Origin: Trichoplax adhaerens
Taxonomy: Eukaryota > Animalia > Placozoa
Direction: 5' to 3'
NCBI RefSeq assembly: GCF_000150275.1
Contig: NW_002060959.1
Span: 926,675-990,674, forward strand
Length of the DNA: 64,000 bases
In this document: one piece after another, positions 40,001 to 59,042 of the stretch
How positions within the stretch are numbered: position 1 is the first letter of the stretch
Layout: the number at the start of each line of letters is the position of its first letter
Position numbers and translations under genes: made by a program
Notes under the pieces: model-generated
What the model was told of the DNA's origin: nothing
What the model saw: the letters and a program-made list of their open reading frames with translations, nothing else
Databases searched by the model: none

Positions 40001-43000
40001 ATTGGGCTATAATAGAATCTTTTGCTAATAACTATGGAGATTACTTGCAGAATGAAATTAAGATTATAAATATTTTTACCTCCATAATTAATCTTTCCAG
40101 CCAACTATGATCTGATGTTGGTACTGGAGTTGGTGTACAATAAATCGTATCTGCACTACTTTGCCGACCCATTTCACTACGACTTCGATAATCTGGCGAA
40201 TCACTCTCACTTGCACTAACTGGACCCCACCACTCTTCCATTTTTAAAATAATTTGATTTTGCTGCAGACGTTCTAACTCCAGCGATTCTACAGTCCCTA
40301 CGCCTTTCTTGGAATTCCCATAGCTGTATAGAATAAGATCATAATTATCATTTAATGTATAAATATTTTTGTAAGTTTAGATCAGTGACAAATATTAGCA
40401 TAAAATTATTACACCAATCAACGTCTCCTTACTTTAATAACCATGAACATAAACTATCGGAATCGCCAATCGTAATGATATGTTGGCAATCATCCGTAAT
40501 AATAGCAGCAGCTACTCCACCACGGTGGTAATCATGGCAATAATAGCAACCAACTTTTTCCTTAGAAGCCCAGATAGAAATTAAGATGAATTTAGCTTGA
40601 TTTTACAAATTTAATACAACCTACGTTGTGCCAACTAATCTAAGGGTATGTTAATTTTAAAAGTAGTCTTTTCAATCACTCCTCTCTTTCTAACTAAATT
40701 TCGAGTCAGTCTACATTATCTATAAATCTAGAATAATCGATCGTTTAAATTCTCCACTTACCATGGAAGGCAATGACCAAACTGCAACACATCCATCCTG
40801 AGACCAGGTTATTAATAAATCGCCGTTTCGAGAAATGAAAACACCACCACCAGGCAATTGATGACACGAAAATGTTCGATTGATTTTCCAGCTAGATCTG
40901 ACCTAAATAATTATAAGTTAAAATTACTTCATGAAGATATCCAGACGCAGAATACAGGATAATAACTTACTTTTTGACCATCTCCTCGTTGTACATCAAT
41001 TTCTTTTAATTCTTTGGAGTTACCATCAAATGCTACAAGCGTATTAGCAGCGGTAAACTGCAATCCTTTCATTGCACTTGTCAATTTGAAATCTACTCGA
41101 TTAACTGCAGTATCTTTAATTTGACCACTTTTAGTCGCAAAGACATCTTGATTATGATCTAAACCTAATCAGTAAAAAATTTCCAAATTTATTATCAAAC
41201 ACATCAGATCTTTAGAGAACACTAGGATATAACACGGCTAATATTGATATCAATGCTTAGAACCATAAATTTACCTGAAAGATTGAAATATGTCAACATG
41301 CTGTCATTATGCAAAACAGCTACTTGAATTGTATCATTTTCATCGGTATAGGTAGTAATTTCAGTAATATTGCCAGATATAGCTGTAATAGAAAGAAGAA
41401 AATAATCAGCATTAATTTAAGTGACAATCGAATTTTATATTTACTAAATATTACAACGATTGATGACCGGGTTACTACGGTAAAAAGGTGCTAGTCAATC
41501 ATATTGAAATACCTAAATAGCCGTAGACTTGAAATTTCGATGTAGCATGAGCACTGCAGATGAATAAATTGCCATCATTAGACCCAGCCAGGAGGTATCG
41601 CCCTTGTACATCATGACTAGATCGGAATCAGATTTAATATTTAGTATGACAGTTTAATGAAGCAATCCGATCGATCGAAATTATATGATTTATCAGTTAT
41701 GTAGAATTCTTACGCTAATTTAGTGATACAGGAATGAAATAGACGATTACGATAGATAATTCTAGGCGATCTTATTTCATTAATATCAACTATGAAGATA
41801 TAGCCATTCTCTGTTCCAATAGTGACCGTTTTCGATGATGGGCATGAAACCAAACAACTAGCCTGAGTATACAGCAACAAAAAAAATTTAGCAGTTATGT
41901 TATCCTAATATGAAATATGATATTAATTTCTTATATCTTATGTTAGCAATTCATTACTTGGCATCCTATAAAGCAGGTAGCATCAAGCGAAGGCTCCTGA
42001 ATTGCCCATAGCTGCAAAGTTCCGTTTGCTCTAATGGTCTACAATAGTATTGTTAGAATCAAATTGAGAGTATGGTAAACAGAAATGAGGATACAATAGT
42101 TTTATTAGGCCAAGAACGAAATATTTCTATTGATAGCATATTTACGTAGTAATCGTTAGCTAAGTTTATGAAAGGCTTTAATAATGCTTCAAATCATAAT
42201 TTAATAACCTACCACGCAATAGTCATTTTCTGGATAGATACATTCAAGGCCAACAAATTTACCATAATGATGATCCAGCAATAGATTTGCATTTGGTATA
42301 TTCCAGTTTCTTATAAAATGAATCGTGCCCTATAATGACATGTAGGTGATAAGTATGCAAGATAGAAAATAGACTTAAGTCAATTCATTTATAAAAAAAA
42401 TGAATTGCAAACCTGACGACTCCCGACACCAAGAATTTCAAAGTCAGATGACCAGGTCAAGGATGTAATTTCACGGCCAATTTCAATTTGATCCAATATT
42501 CTTGGTTCATCTAATGTTACATCAAGTGTACGGATTGCTCCATCCTAAATAATCATAACGTTAGCAAAGTCAATCATGCTGCAATCATCTGAAAATTTGG
42601 ATAAAAAATTTAAAGGACTAATGACATTAGTAATTAAGCGGATAATAGATATGATTCTTACAGTTCCACCAGCGTATAGTCCATCTTTATGGAGTGAAAG
42701 GCAACTAAAGGCTCCAGGTCCAATTAAATCAAATGTTGGTGAAGGTGTCTGCCCAAGTTTTAAATCGATATCTGTCCAATAAAGCAACAGTTTAAATTAT
42801 AATTATAGGCATGCATCTATATCATATTCTGCTACAAATCTAGCCATAGCCAAAATTATCTTTGTTTAATATACCCGTATTACCTTGCTCAATACGACTA
42901 GCAGCGGCACTACTAGGCTTGCTCAAAGGTGTAGTCGGAACAGATGGAATGGTATGCTTATGCCGCGGATTAATTAAAATATTCAGAGTGCTATTATAAG

Positions 43001-45535
43001 TAGCATCAATAATGACAAGTTGTCCACCTCTACAGCCAATATAAATATTGCTGAAACAGGAATAAAATTTTACAATAGATTAGAAACATCGTGACAATGC
43101 TAAGATAAGTATTATTATGTAGGCGAGATATTATCATGATTTGCATGGAAATCATCTCTTTAAGATTAATTAACGGGTAATTAGCGTTCTTAGCCACATA
43201 TATTAGCCAAACCTCATCAGAAAACGGATAAACACCTTTATATATGGATGATAGAGCTATCGAATTTTTAATTAATTCTATATTTATAGTAAAGTTTGAG
43301 TTATATTTTAGCTAGTATTTCGTATTTTAAATTTAGACGGTTTTATCCATGTTATCATAGCCTTCGAGTTATTTTGGACAGGTAAGAGTCAGTATTTCAT
43401 TGGTTATACAATACCTGTTGGCCGACCAACAATGTGATACAGGGACAACTAAGTGCTTGCTTTTCTGTTCTCGTCTCGCTTTAGCCGCAGTTCCAGCTAA
43501 AATATCACGTACTGATTTAGAAATAGTTGTAACAGCACTGGATAATCGTGTCGATTGGCGCGTTTGGAGATATCGATTACTGTCTGCTGAGACGATTCCA
43601 ACTTCATCGACAGACGGTAGAGTAATATTGCTGAAAAGATTTCATAGACGTATATGTTACATATAAATAATACATAAACTATCGAAAATGATCATGGATT
43701 ATATATATTATCGAACCACTCCATTGACTTACTGTCCACTCAATAAATATTTGTCATTTGCTTGTTCAATATTCCACATGGTGATTTGGTGATGACTGTA
43801 GGTGCACATATTATGCCAATTAAGTGGATCAAAAGTAATGCATGACGTCTCTACCGTAGGTCCATTAGTAGAACACAGCAATTTATTGTTACTCCAGTCC
43901 CTATTCATTTAATATTCACAAATACCTCATAAGTAGATTCTTGATATAATATATTTTCATTCATAGCGGAATAGGAAAAGCTAAATATTATTATTAAGAT
44001 TTTATTTACCAAACGGATATCAGAAAGTCAGGTACACCAGTAATGAAAGAAATGTATGTTCCATACGTTGAAAAAGTAAATGCTGATATTTCCAACTTTG
44101 CTATACCTAGTTATTAAAGAGATTCAATCAATTAATATTTATCGATATACCATACCACCGTAAACTAGTACAAATAATGTGATAGAGTCAGTCTAACGTT
44201 CAAATAGATTCAATGAACTACCTGAAATTACACATTTCTCTTCAAAATTTGGAAATGAAATAATATGAATGCTTGGATTTAAGCCAATCTCCGAGTACGC
44301 AAAAACTTGATATTCTTTAGAGACGGTAAATAGACCAACACTTTTAACGTTAAGGTAATGATAATTTTGGTCCTTGGTTTCTGTATTTATAAACTTTATA
44401 TTTCTTCCAGCCAGAAAGCAAATAGTGACTTCATCGATAAAGTGAATAGGGCCACCATTATAGCCTTGCATCCAGCTAGTAAAGTAAGATTTAAAATAGA
44501 TAAATACTAAACGTTAGAGCTGTTTCCTGACAGAAAGTAGCTATATTTATTAACATTTTTTTCATTAACACTTAATGCTGCCCCTACTCGATGTAATTTT
44601 ATAAATATACCAGATAAAACTTCTCATTAATTTAAATGCATCGACCTATAGAGTTAGATTGTGTGTTGTAGCTTATTTTAGCAATAAATTATACGAAATT
44701 AAGACAGCAAGTAATAATTTTATAATTGTTTAAACTTGATTTAAATTAGATCAATGCTTCAGAGTTAGCATACACGATGTAATATAAAATAATGCTCTAG
44801 TTTGCTTTATAGCCGTTTCTTTATGATCGACATAATATTAGAGACTATCAAGATCAGCCATGGATTATTTATACCCTTTTCGATGAAAATTATATGTAAT
44901 TGTGTAACTAGTATGTAAGCGTGAACTTTACATTAACCTTATTGATAGTCATAAAATAAGTAGTACAATCGTATTATTACAGATCAATAAACACTCTAAC
45001 GATCTTAGTTAGCTATGAAGACAGAACAGTATCTGGTACATTAAAATTTCGGTTGTGGTCGTTCAATCTGATCGACAGCTATAGTTTAGATCATTGCTCT
45101 ATCAAATCATTCCACTGCAAAGTAAGTTCCATATCTGTCTATTTAGCTAGATATTATATCGATCATAATCACAATATGCCTAACTCATAAAATGCGACCA
45201 TTTCAAATAAACAATGTAAAGCGCATAACAAATATTAAAAGTAGTCAATGAAACAGAGAACATTTTAATCTCTCATTGATCAACTCTGTGGTTGAATATT
45301 CTATCTGTTATACCAATAAATCATTGAACTATAATACGATTTTTATATTAACTCTTTAACTAATGATCGTTCATTGCTGTGTCTTCATCTGATTAAAATG
45401 GTATATAATGGTATCCTTGTATACCTTGCGAAATCACGCAAGACTGCAGCAACGAAAAATACCTGAGAAATAATCATATCTGTATCTATGTTGTCATTTT
45501 ACCTACCTCATTGGTAATAATGATAAATTCTCCAT
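34009..45535 (-). CDS. CFAP43: Cilia- and flagella-associated protein 43 (WDR96), many exons
   Basis: [10 protein letters not shown]|[30 protein letters not shown], then WD40-type exons and coiled-coil exons ([56 protein letters not shown]). The C-terminus [39 protein letters not shown] is typical of CFAP43. Confidence 0.9.
37853..38047. repeat. 120-bp-period duplication spanning a CFAP43 splice acceptor
   Basis: TAGATGCTATCCTGCATAGT...CAGCATTAGCTTGTAC at 37861 is repeated as TAGATGGTATCCTGCGTAGT...CAGCATTAACTTGTAC at 37981. Confidence 0.85.
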
Positions 45536-45645
45536 TTTGGCTGGTTTGTCAATTTAATATTACTTATTATATGTAGAAGAGTCAACAGATTTAAGAACTT
45601 AGTCAACGTTCTATCAACTGACCGAATGCAATTACTGTTTGAAGG

Positions 45646-45659
45646 GTTGCTAGGGTAAC
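45646..45659. promoter_or_regulatory. RFX X-box in the CFAP43/DHX34 bidirectional promoter
   Basis: GTTGCTAGGGTAAC, about 110 bp upstream of the CFAP43 ATG. RFX control of motile-cilia genes is established. Confidence 0.7.
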
Positions 45660-45907
45660 AAGGGTCATGCGCAGACTATGCTCTTGTACGGTGTATCCAG
45701 TACTCAAACATAATATACGATAATACAGTCTAGACCAGATCGGCCAGCTTATGATTTCAATTCCAACCTGTGGACAGCACAGACTATACAGAATACGGAC
45801 CAGAAGCACAGACATTTGGACAATCGGATATTACTTGCAGCATATCATTTGTAAACACAGCTCTAGTCATCAAAATGGCTGCGATGTTCTGATTGCCGAG
45901 GTCGAAG

Positions 45908-48900
45908 ATGTCGATCACTGATTTCACCTTATATCGTGATGAACTAGACGATATCTTCTTTTCCGGGAGAAGCTATCTGCAACGGTAAGATGTGGATCAA
46001 TTATCTTTACCATAGATTATATTGTGTGTAGATACTTAGTATGCAATGTCATCAACGATATTATCGAAGAGTAGTGTAGGAAATAATTTTTCTGCTGTTA
46101 GGGAGACTAAACATCATAAAGACTTTTGGTTATTCTGCGAACGGTATTATCGTTATCAGAAGAATAAATCGCCATCCATTCCATCAGGTGACAAATTACC
46201 AATATAGCTGAAATTAATACGAATGATGGTGTACGATATGGCATTTTGAATTCGTTCTCGCATGCAATTTGCAGTTTCGAGCTGTCTGTAATATTGTGGT
46301 TTTGATGATGATCTGTAGATGGAGCTGAAGGATATTCAAAACTTGACCTACCTTTAAAATACGATAAAAGATACCGATGCAACTTCAGTATATTATTTCA
46401 TCAAAACTACGGTAATGCCATATCAACGGAGATAACGTACGATTCCTAAGAGAATCTATACAGATAATAAAGACTATGTAATCGTTTTCATGGTATAGAT
46501 CATTTGCCCAGAGGTTTGAATCAGGAAAAGCTTAAAGAGTTTAAACAATTAGTTCATCTCTACGAGGACTTTAATCAAAAGCAAAAGGTTAAAATGCATG
46601 GAATGAAAATCAAAGAGATATAATATCTCATTGAAATGGCCTATAATAATGTCAATATTAATAACGTGAATCTTAGTGAACAGATATCGATTCTTATTCA
46701 TTCATATATTCTTGATAATTATGATGATATTTCAGTAAATTCAAATAACAAGCTACACATTAGGTTGATGATCTAGCTGTAAAAGAAAAACTAACAATTG
46801 CATTAAAGTATGCTAAAATAGTCTCTATCACTCTTAACATGATTCTAGTTTGCTAAGATACGTAAAATTAAGAACGATCAGAGCAACTTGCCAATAAGTC
46901 AGTACCGATCAAAAATTATTACTGCGGTTCAGCAAAATCAAGTAGTGATCATTGCTGGTGATACGGGATGTGGCAAATCAACGCAGGTAATCTAAATGTA
47001 GTCATGCAAATTAATATGATACTGTAACATTAGGGTTAGATGCAAATGTTTATTGATATCATGATCACTGCAAAGAAATGGTAAATACTGTATTACTCTC
47101 TAGGTACCTCAATACCTGTTAAACTCGGGATTCAGCCATATTGCATGTACCCAACCACGTAGAATTGCATGCATGTCATTAGCAAAACGTGTCGGATATG
47201 AGATGCTCAATCAGTATGGTTCAAGAATTGCATATCAGGTTGGTATAGAATTAACACAATATGGATTTATCCACTGTAGAGGCTACTAGTTGCCTTTAAA
47301 TTCGCTAAAAAATATGGCGTTTATTACATACTAATTCGCACATTGGATTTTAATAAAATAAAGGACATTTTTAACATTGCTACTGAAACCTATTCATATA
47401 GATTCGATTTGAAGAGAGCAAAACACGAGCTACCAAGGTGCTATTTTTGACGGAAGGTAAAGTTTTCAGTCAACAATAATGTACTGTGTATCAGTAACAA
47501 AATTGGGCATAATTTTAATTGTAAAATTTCCGCTCGAATTAGAGCTGGTTCTCTAGCATTCCTTAAATCTTATTACTATATTAGAATGTATCGACTTTGA
47601 TGTGATATAGTTACTGTACACTTTAATGTATCCAAACTTGCTCGATTAATGTACCATATCAAATATTTTTATTGTTAGGTCTTTTACTACGACAGTTAGT
47701 ATCCGACCCAACTCTGTCATTGTATAACGTTATCGTTGTTGATGAGGTTTGAAGTTTGAACTATTAATTTATATTTGAAGGACGATGAAGGTCCAATCTT
47801 AATGGACAGATAATTTAAATTCTATTTTTAAATTATATCCTAGGTTCATGAGAGACATGTTCAAGGAGACTTTCTTTTAGGCATTTTAAAGGATCTGCTA
47901 CCAATTCGACGTGACTTGAAATTGATATTAATGTCCGCTACTATTAATATTAAGTAAATGAAACTTATCTTCAGTAAAACAATATGAGAGTTAAAACAAA
48001 GCTGAGATCTTAAGAATTCCTTTAATATTATCTTTTTACTATCTTAGCTTATTTGCAAATTACTTTGAAGGTGCTCCAGTAATCAAGGTAATTTCAGCAC
48101 TTTTATTATGAAATTATTACGCATGCTACAATAATTTTATACTAAATTAGGTTTTAATTCGAATAAGGATTGTTTGATACGTTTAAGAAAATTTGTATCT
48201 TCACTAGATTCCCGGTAGATTGTATCCAATCCAATTGGAATATGTCTCTCAACTCACGGTAATTAAATTTCTACTATCATGACTACCTAATATTTGAAAT
48301 TTTTCAGGCACTTTATAGTGGACTAAATGACCTAAAATCGTATTTTTTATACTTAGTAGTGATATGTCTTCTAGTATGAAAAGTGTATTGGACAGTACAT
48401 TGATTAGACTTTTAGTAATGCTTGCTATCTTATTACCAGAGATGTTCGTTATATCTATTGTACTATAAATTATAACATACGCATATTCGGAAACGTAGTC
48501 TAAGATGAAAATTCGAATTGAAATTACGTCATGCTCGTAGTTAAAATACATTATCACTGAAAACTCTGTGATATTAGATATTGCTAATAGTCATACCAGG
48601 CCATAGTTAAAATTGGTCTTGGAATTTAAGTTTTGTAAATTAAACTATTTTAAAAATTGCCATAAATTAAATAGTAGCTGGTTATGTCTCTGAATTGTTC
48701 CATTAAGTTCTCATAATGAAACTAACAGCTACATTGCTATTTCTTGTAACCATCATAGATTCGGGAGTCCCGCGAATTTGGAGGTACAGCTGATCGATTT
48801 GATACATCTCCTTACTTGAAAATTATGCAAATTATTGACGAAAAGGTATTTTGTGCAGTTATGGAATACCATACCATATCAATTAAACCTTTGGCAATTA

Positions 48901-51900
48901 GACGTTGACAAATTACCTGACTATCGTGTTTTTGCCTTTTTCAGTACCCTGACAACGAACGTGGTGATATGCTCGTATTTTTAAGTGGCCTATCAGATAT
49001 AACAGCCTTATTCGAAGACGCTCGAAATTATGCTTTGAAAACCAAAAAATGGATTGTTTTATCATTACATAGCTCGCTTTCTGTCGAACAGCAAGAAAAG
49101 GTATAAATATTTTGTTCTTAGATTAATGTGTAAAGAAATTAGTTTCTTTGAGTTTCAAAGATCTCATTTGTCGCAACCATTTAGGTATTTGATATTGTAC
49201 CAGAAGGTGTTCGAAAATGTATTATATCTACTAATATCGCTGAAACTTCAGTTACTATTGATGGAGTTAGATTTATAATCGATTCTGGAAAGGTAATTCT
49301 ATTATGAGACTGGTCGATAAGTATGACATTATAGCTAATATTGACTTAATATTTTGGCGACTTAGGTAAAAGAAATGAGCTATGATTCGGGAGCTAAGAT
49401 GCACCGACTACAAGAATTTTGGATTAGTAAAGCGAGTGCAGAGCAACGAAAAGGACGTGCCGGTAAATCCATTTTCTTTCTTATAATGTCATTCTTGAAA
49501 CACTATTATTAGCTTTAAAGTTTATCTTAACGTAGTATTAAAGAAAGTATTAATATATCTTGTAGGTCGAACCGGACCAGGAGTATGTTTCCGTCTGTAT
49601 TCGGACTCGGAATATGAGGCTTTCGAACAGTATTCTACACCGGAAATTCGACGCATTTCCCTTGATAGTTTAATATTACAAATGCTTCTTTTAGAAATCA
49701 AGAATCCCACGGAGTAAGTAATTTAAAGATTAGTGATAATAGTATTCACTTTTATAAGAGAGATTAAAAACAGTATGATCATTGTACGTCAACTATACTG
49801 CTTTTCTAACGCTTTCACGTATTCACATTGAGCCCATATGTGCGGATAAATTGATGATTAATAAATTATTCATACTTTGATTGGCAATTGTCGTAATGGC
49901 TACATGTATACTATAACATTGTTACAGAAGTAATTTTGGCTAATTATATTATTTTCTTCATATACACTCGTACATACTCAAGATGTACGTGCCGACTGAT
50001 TTCTTAACTGGCAACGATGCCACTGTTAATTCGTTCATTTTAATTTATCTCGGACTGTGTAGTTTCCCATTCATTGAACCACCATCCAAAGCTGCACTCG
50101 ATCATTCGGTTATATCATTGCAAGATCAGGTGCGGTACCATTTGCACTTGAAATTGTAACTTCTGGAATATAAATCCGTAAATTAATAGATTGAATTATG
50201 CTAATAAGTTTGTCATTACTGGTTATTATTATTTTAATTTAGGATGTAATAGAAAAGGAGAATATGAAATTGACAGTAATTGGGAAAATGTTAGCTAATC
50301 TTCCGGTAGAAGTCGTTATTGGCAAGACATTAATTATGGGGACGTTATTCAAGGTCTAACTTTATGAACTATAATACTCTTAACAATGCATGCCCCTTAT
50401 AACATTTGCAATGTTAATATCGTTACATACTTTCAGTATTGGCTTCTAATAATTAATTCACGTCATAAAATTTAGATTATCCCTTCCATCGTAACAATGG
50501 CCGCTGCACTTGCAGTTCAGTCTCCATTTTATAAAACTGTTGACCAAGGCAGTGAAATTGCTGTAAGTTTCACTGGCTTTAGAATTACACTAAGATAGAT
50601 AACGAAGTTAATTATAGATTCTAAGCTTACTAGATTTCTAGATCTTATTTGCAAGAATTGATTACATATATTAAAACAGAACGCTCGTGAGGAAATTTTA
50701 TCTACGGAAGGTGATCCATTTACTTTATTGAATGCTTACAATGCATGGCTACAGGTAAGGATGACGAAGGCTGCTATATAAATCCCAATCATATACTTAT
50801 TAACCACAACGAATATTGGTACTGCGGCTCTTAGGTTAAAGCTGAGAGGGAAATTCCATCTAAAAAATGGTGTAGACAGCGCGGGATAGAAGAACAACGA
50901 TTTTATGAAATGTCCAAGTTGCGATTGCAATTTTTAGATCTATTACAAGTCAGCTATTTTAGATAAGCGTTATATAACTTGCAATATCTAAGGTACTATT
51001 TTAAAACTAAAATAATAATCGTCTCCATGATAGGATCATCATTTGATCTCTGAGAAAGAGGTAAATGATAAAAACGATCCGTTCAGAAAGCAAAGCATTG
51101 ACAAGAAACGAGAGAGAAAGAAACAGCTGCGAGACTTAAAGCGGAAATATGCACGTGATAAATTGGGTAAAAGGAAGATGCTTCGAATGGATGGTGAAGT
51201 ATGTACTAATAGTTGATCTCAACACTTATTTTCTCGTAGTCAGTTCTGATTAGTTACCATAAACATTTAATCAATATTTTAGCATGCACAAAACTTTAGC
51301 GATGACGAAGTAAAAGAAACAGATTTCCGCGATGCTGAATTCAGATTGTTGTATGGCGACCATAGATCAAGGGTTAGGAAACGATTTTACTTCAACGTGT
51401 TATATAGATATAAGGTTCTTGAATTTAATATTTCGTACTGAATGTATTAAGGATCGAAAGGAAAAAAAACAGGATGATTACGATGAAGAAGATCCACGTA
51501 CCGTTTTATTGCATAAAGTTGTTTTAGTAAGGTATCAATTATCAACACTATTTGATAAACTCAATTTGATAGCTCGAAAAATATTTTAATTTGTATCGTC
51601 ATTGGTGCATTAGTGGATTGTACCCAAACATCGCTCTAGCTGACGAATGTAATTCCTGGAGAAAAGAGAATGAGCAAATTTTTCATGCGAAGGTGAAGCG
51701 ATAATTAGTGGCGCTGGAATTATTTACAGGATAGCATTAGGAAGTGTATGGTATTAGTAATATTTCAATGCTATGTTTAAATTAGACTAAATCATTTGTT
51801 ACACCACATCCTGGAAGTATATTTGCTATGCAGCCTCAGCTTCTTCATCCACAGGTAACAGCAGCGTGGTAGGGCTGATACTGTATGTTTGTATTCTATT

Positions 51901-53534
51901 GTAAATACCAAACAGCCAAAGCTAACAGTAACGTTAATAAAGCCGTCATATCTTCTTTAATTAATTATAATCCAAGGTTTTACTTTAATAATTACTTTGT
52001 AATGTAGCAATCTCATTTTTTTAATTTCAGATTATCAGCAACAAAGATGAGAGCCAATTAGCCAATCCTAGAAGTGCTCTCAGTTCTGGACATCAAATTA
52101 TAGCATACGTGTAATTTTTCTGATTAAAAATATTTTCCATTTAACGCTACTAAAATCCTAGCTAAAGACACTTTTTACGAATTATCTTAGATTAAGTTAA
52201 TTAAATAAATCTGCATTTAGATCCTTATTAGAAACAACAAAGCCATACTTTGTCAATGGTATTCGTCTACCAGCTCTGCAAACACTATTACTATTTGCAA
52301 AGAATATCAAGACCGATCGTACATGTACCAGGTTGTTATGTGTAGTATTTAAGAGAATGCCGTTCATATATATGTTTGGCGGTCATATGTACTCCTATAC
52401 CTACGTACTTGAAACGCATGCTGTTAATAACGTTTACTAAAATTTATACGTATATCATCCGATTAGAATGATTTTCGATAACTGGTTAGAAATTGGATTA
52501 TATCCTGACTGTCGGAGATGTGGTAAAATGTTAATCTTATTAGTCCAAGTTAGAAATATGTGGAACCAACTACTACAATTTCATGTCGATAAAGGTAGAT
52601 AACGTTGATTTATCATCCATCCAATTTGATGTTTAAAAGAATTGCATTATATCCGTAATTGGAAATATCTTCAATTTGTTAACTCCATTAGATGTTTTGG
52701 ACGGTAAAAAAGCGAAAAGTTTAGACGAATTTCAAGACAAATTAAAAAAGAAAATCTATCGCATATGTGATGATTCAATTCGATATACAATTAAGAAGTA
52801 TGCTGATGCAAGTAACATGAAAAAAACTGAGCAGTTAGGTTAGTATTGACCTGTACCAGTTTGAATATATATGATGTAATCATGTTATCATTTGATACAG
52901 ATAGCACTCATGTAACCGACAAAGAAACTATAGAATCTAGTGATACGAAAGACCTCACTCAAGTTCAAATAAGTGATTATCTGGAATATGATAGGTATTC
53001 ATGATGCTGACAATAACACGGAAAAATTGCCTGTTTGGTGTACAGTATAATAAACTATACCTTTTGTTACTGGTATATTTTAGTTTGGAAACTACCGAAG
53101 ATCGGTGTAAAAGTAACACATTAGAGTATCTAGACTCGAGAACGTGGTCTTGCAGTTTGTGTAATACGGAAATGAAAGCTAATTTTGTTGAACGCTTAAA
53201 ACATTCAAGTGAATGCACAATTCTGCAGCATAGTAAAGGTCAACGTTTATACATGTAAAATCTAAAGTATTGTTTTATCATCGTGCCCTGTTTAGTAAAG
53301 TGTAGATCTTTTAAAAAATTATCTGTAGGATTAATTTCAAGTACTAAATCGGCGACTGAGCAAATTGCTAGAAGGCTATACAAGTGTCCGGTATGCTTTG
53401 AAGAATTCAACTTTAGCGCGATCGAAATCTTAAGGCACAAGAAATCTCACACGGAACAGGCTGCTGAAGGAAGCTCTTCTGTCATTAGTAATGAAGGGGG
53501 AGAAGATAATACGTTAGTAAAATCTGATGGATAA
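45908..53534 (+). CDS. DHX34: DEAH-box RNA helicase DHX34 (NMD factor), many exons
   Basis: N-terminus [15 protein letters not shown]|[59 protein letters not shown] and QRKGRAGRTGPG. C-terminal Zn-finger-like [15 protein letters not shown] and [24 protein letters not shown] are as in DHX34. Confidence 0.93.
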
Positions 53535-54202
53535 CTCAATCTATTTTATAAGACGGTTATCGTTATTTTTATATTGCTGGAGATGAGTTCAAGCTTTTAT
53601 TATCAGATTATGTCATGGAACTAGCCGAAATAACAATTTGATATGTAAATATTCATTATTTCAAAGCCTTTATGCGATGAACCTATTACTTTGTAACATC
53701 TGGATACTGTAGATAAGGCTAAATAAATGTTAATTTATTGTTATGTAAAGCAGTTTAATATAGTGGTATTTATTATATTAACGGTACTAATCTGAACGAT
53801 TGGTTGCATGCAGTGTAAACAGTTTAGTAAACGACATTTTTTAGTATGGGTGTGAATCGATCATTCCAATTCTAGTACTGTAGTACACAACAACTGTCTT
53901 CCACCGCATAATGTGCATATGCCAACCTCTAGACTCATCGTATGCTTAACAAACTATACTATCGGTCTGTACAGAGTCCAAGAATGCCTTATTAGGGTAC
54001 TGTTAAGGAATATAAAGTAATAAAATATAGTAAAAATGCGCCTATCAATTTATCTATGCATGCCGATGAAGAATTCACGCATGGAAATTTCCATTTTGAT
54101 GTGAGCTAGCTAGCCAGCTGTGCAGAATTTCCCCAGCTTCTTAGTCTATACATCTGTCCGTCGAGTACTCCACAGTGTACAGTGTACAGTGTACAGTGGA
54201 AA

Positions 54203-54215
54203 TTCTCGCGGGAAA
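54203..54215. promoter_or_regulatory. Candidate E2F site upstream of FIGNL1
   Basis: TTCTCGCGGGAAA contains GCGGGAAA (E2F consensus TTTCCCGC on the minus strand) and sits next to (ACAGTGT)3. Confidence 0.45.
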
Positions 54216-54579
54216 TTCGAAGCATGCTTCTGCTTGTCATAAATTCACAATCCAGCTTAACTGGTAGTAGAGTGTATCAAAACATGGAGTAGAAGCAATA
54301 GAAATCAAGTCTATTGGCAAGCTAGGCCCAAGAGTACAACAAGTCTACTGCCAACATCAGTCAGGATCGGCGGCCTTTACTTTGGCTTTCTGGCCATTTT
54401 CTGAAGGCTGATGTTGTTGTTTTAAGGCTAATAATATTATATTAGAAGTTTTTATCCACCTTCAAGACCCTCTAGACGAGAGGTATTAACATATCCATGT
54501 AGAATTGAGGTGAATCGAAAATTAGAATCTCTGAATTAAACTCTTGGAAGCATTTCTAAATCAGTCATTGATGAGAAAG

Positions 54580-59042
<4,463 letters not shown>

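Noticed and set aside
45410-45420. GTATCCTT resembling a U12 donor
   Set aside because: It is on the strand opposite CFAP43 and not at any exon boundary.
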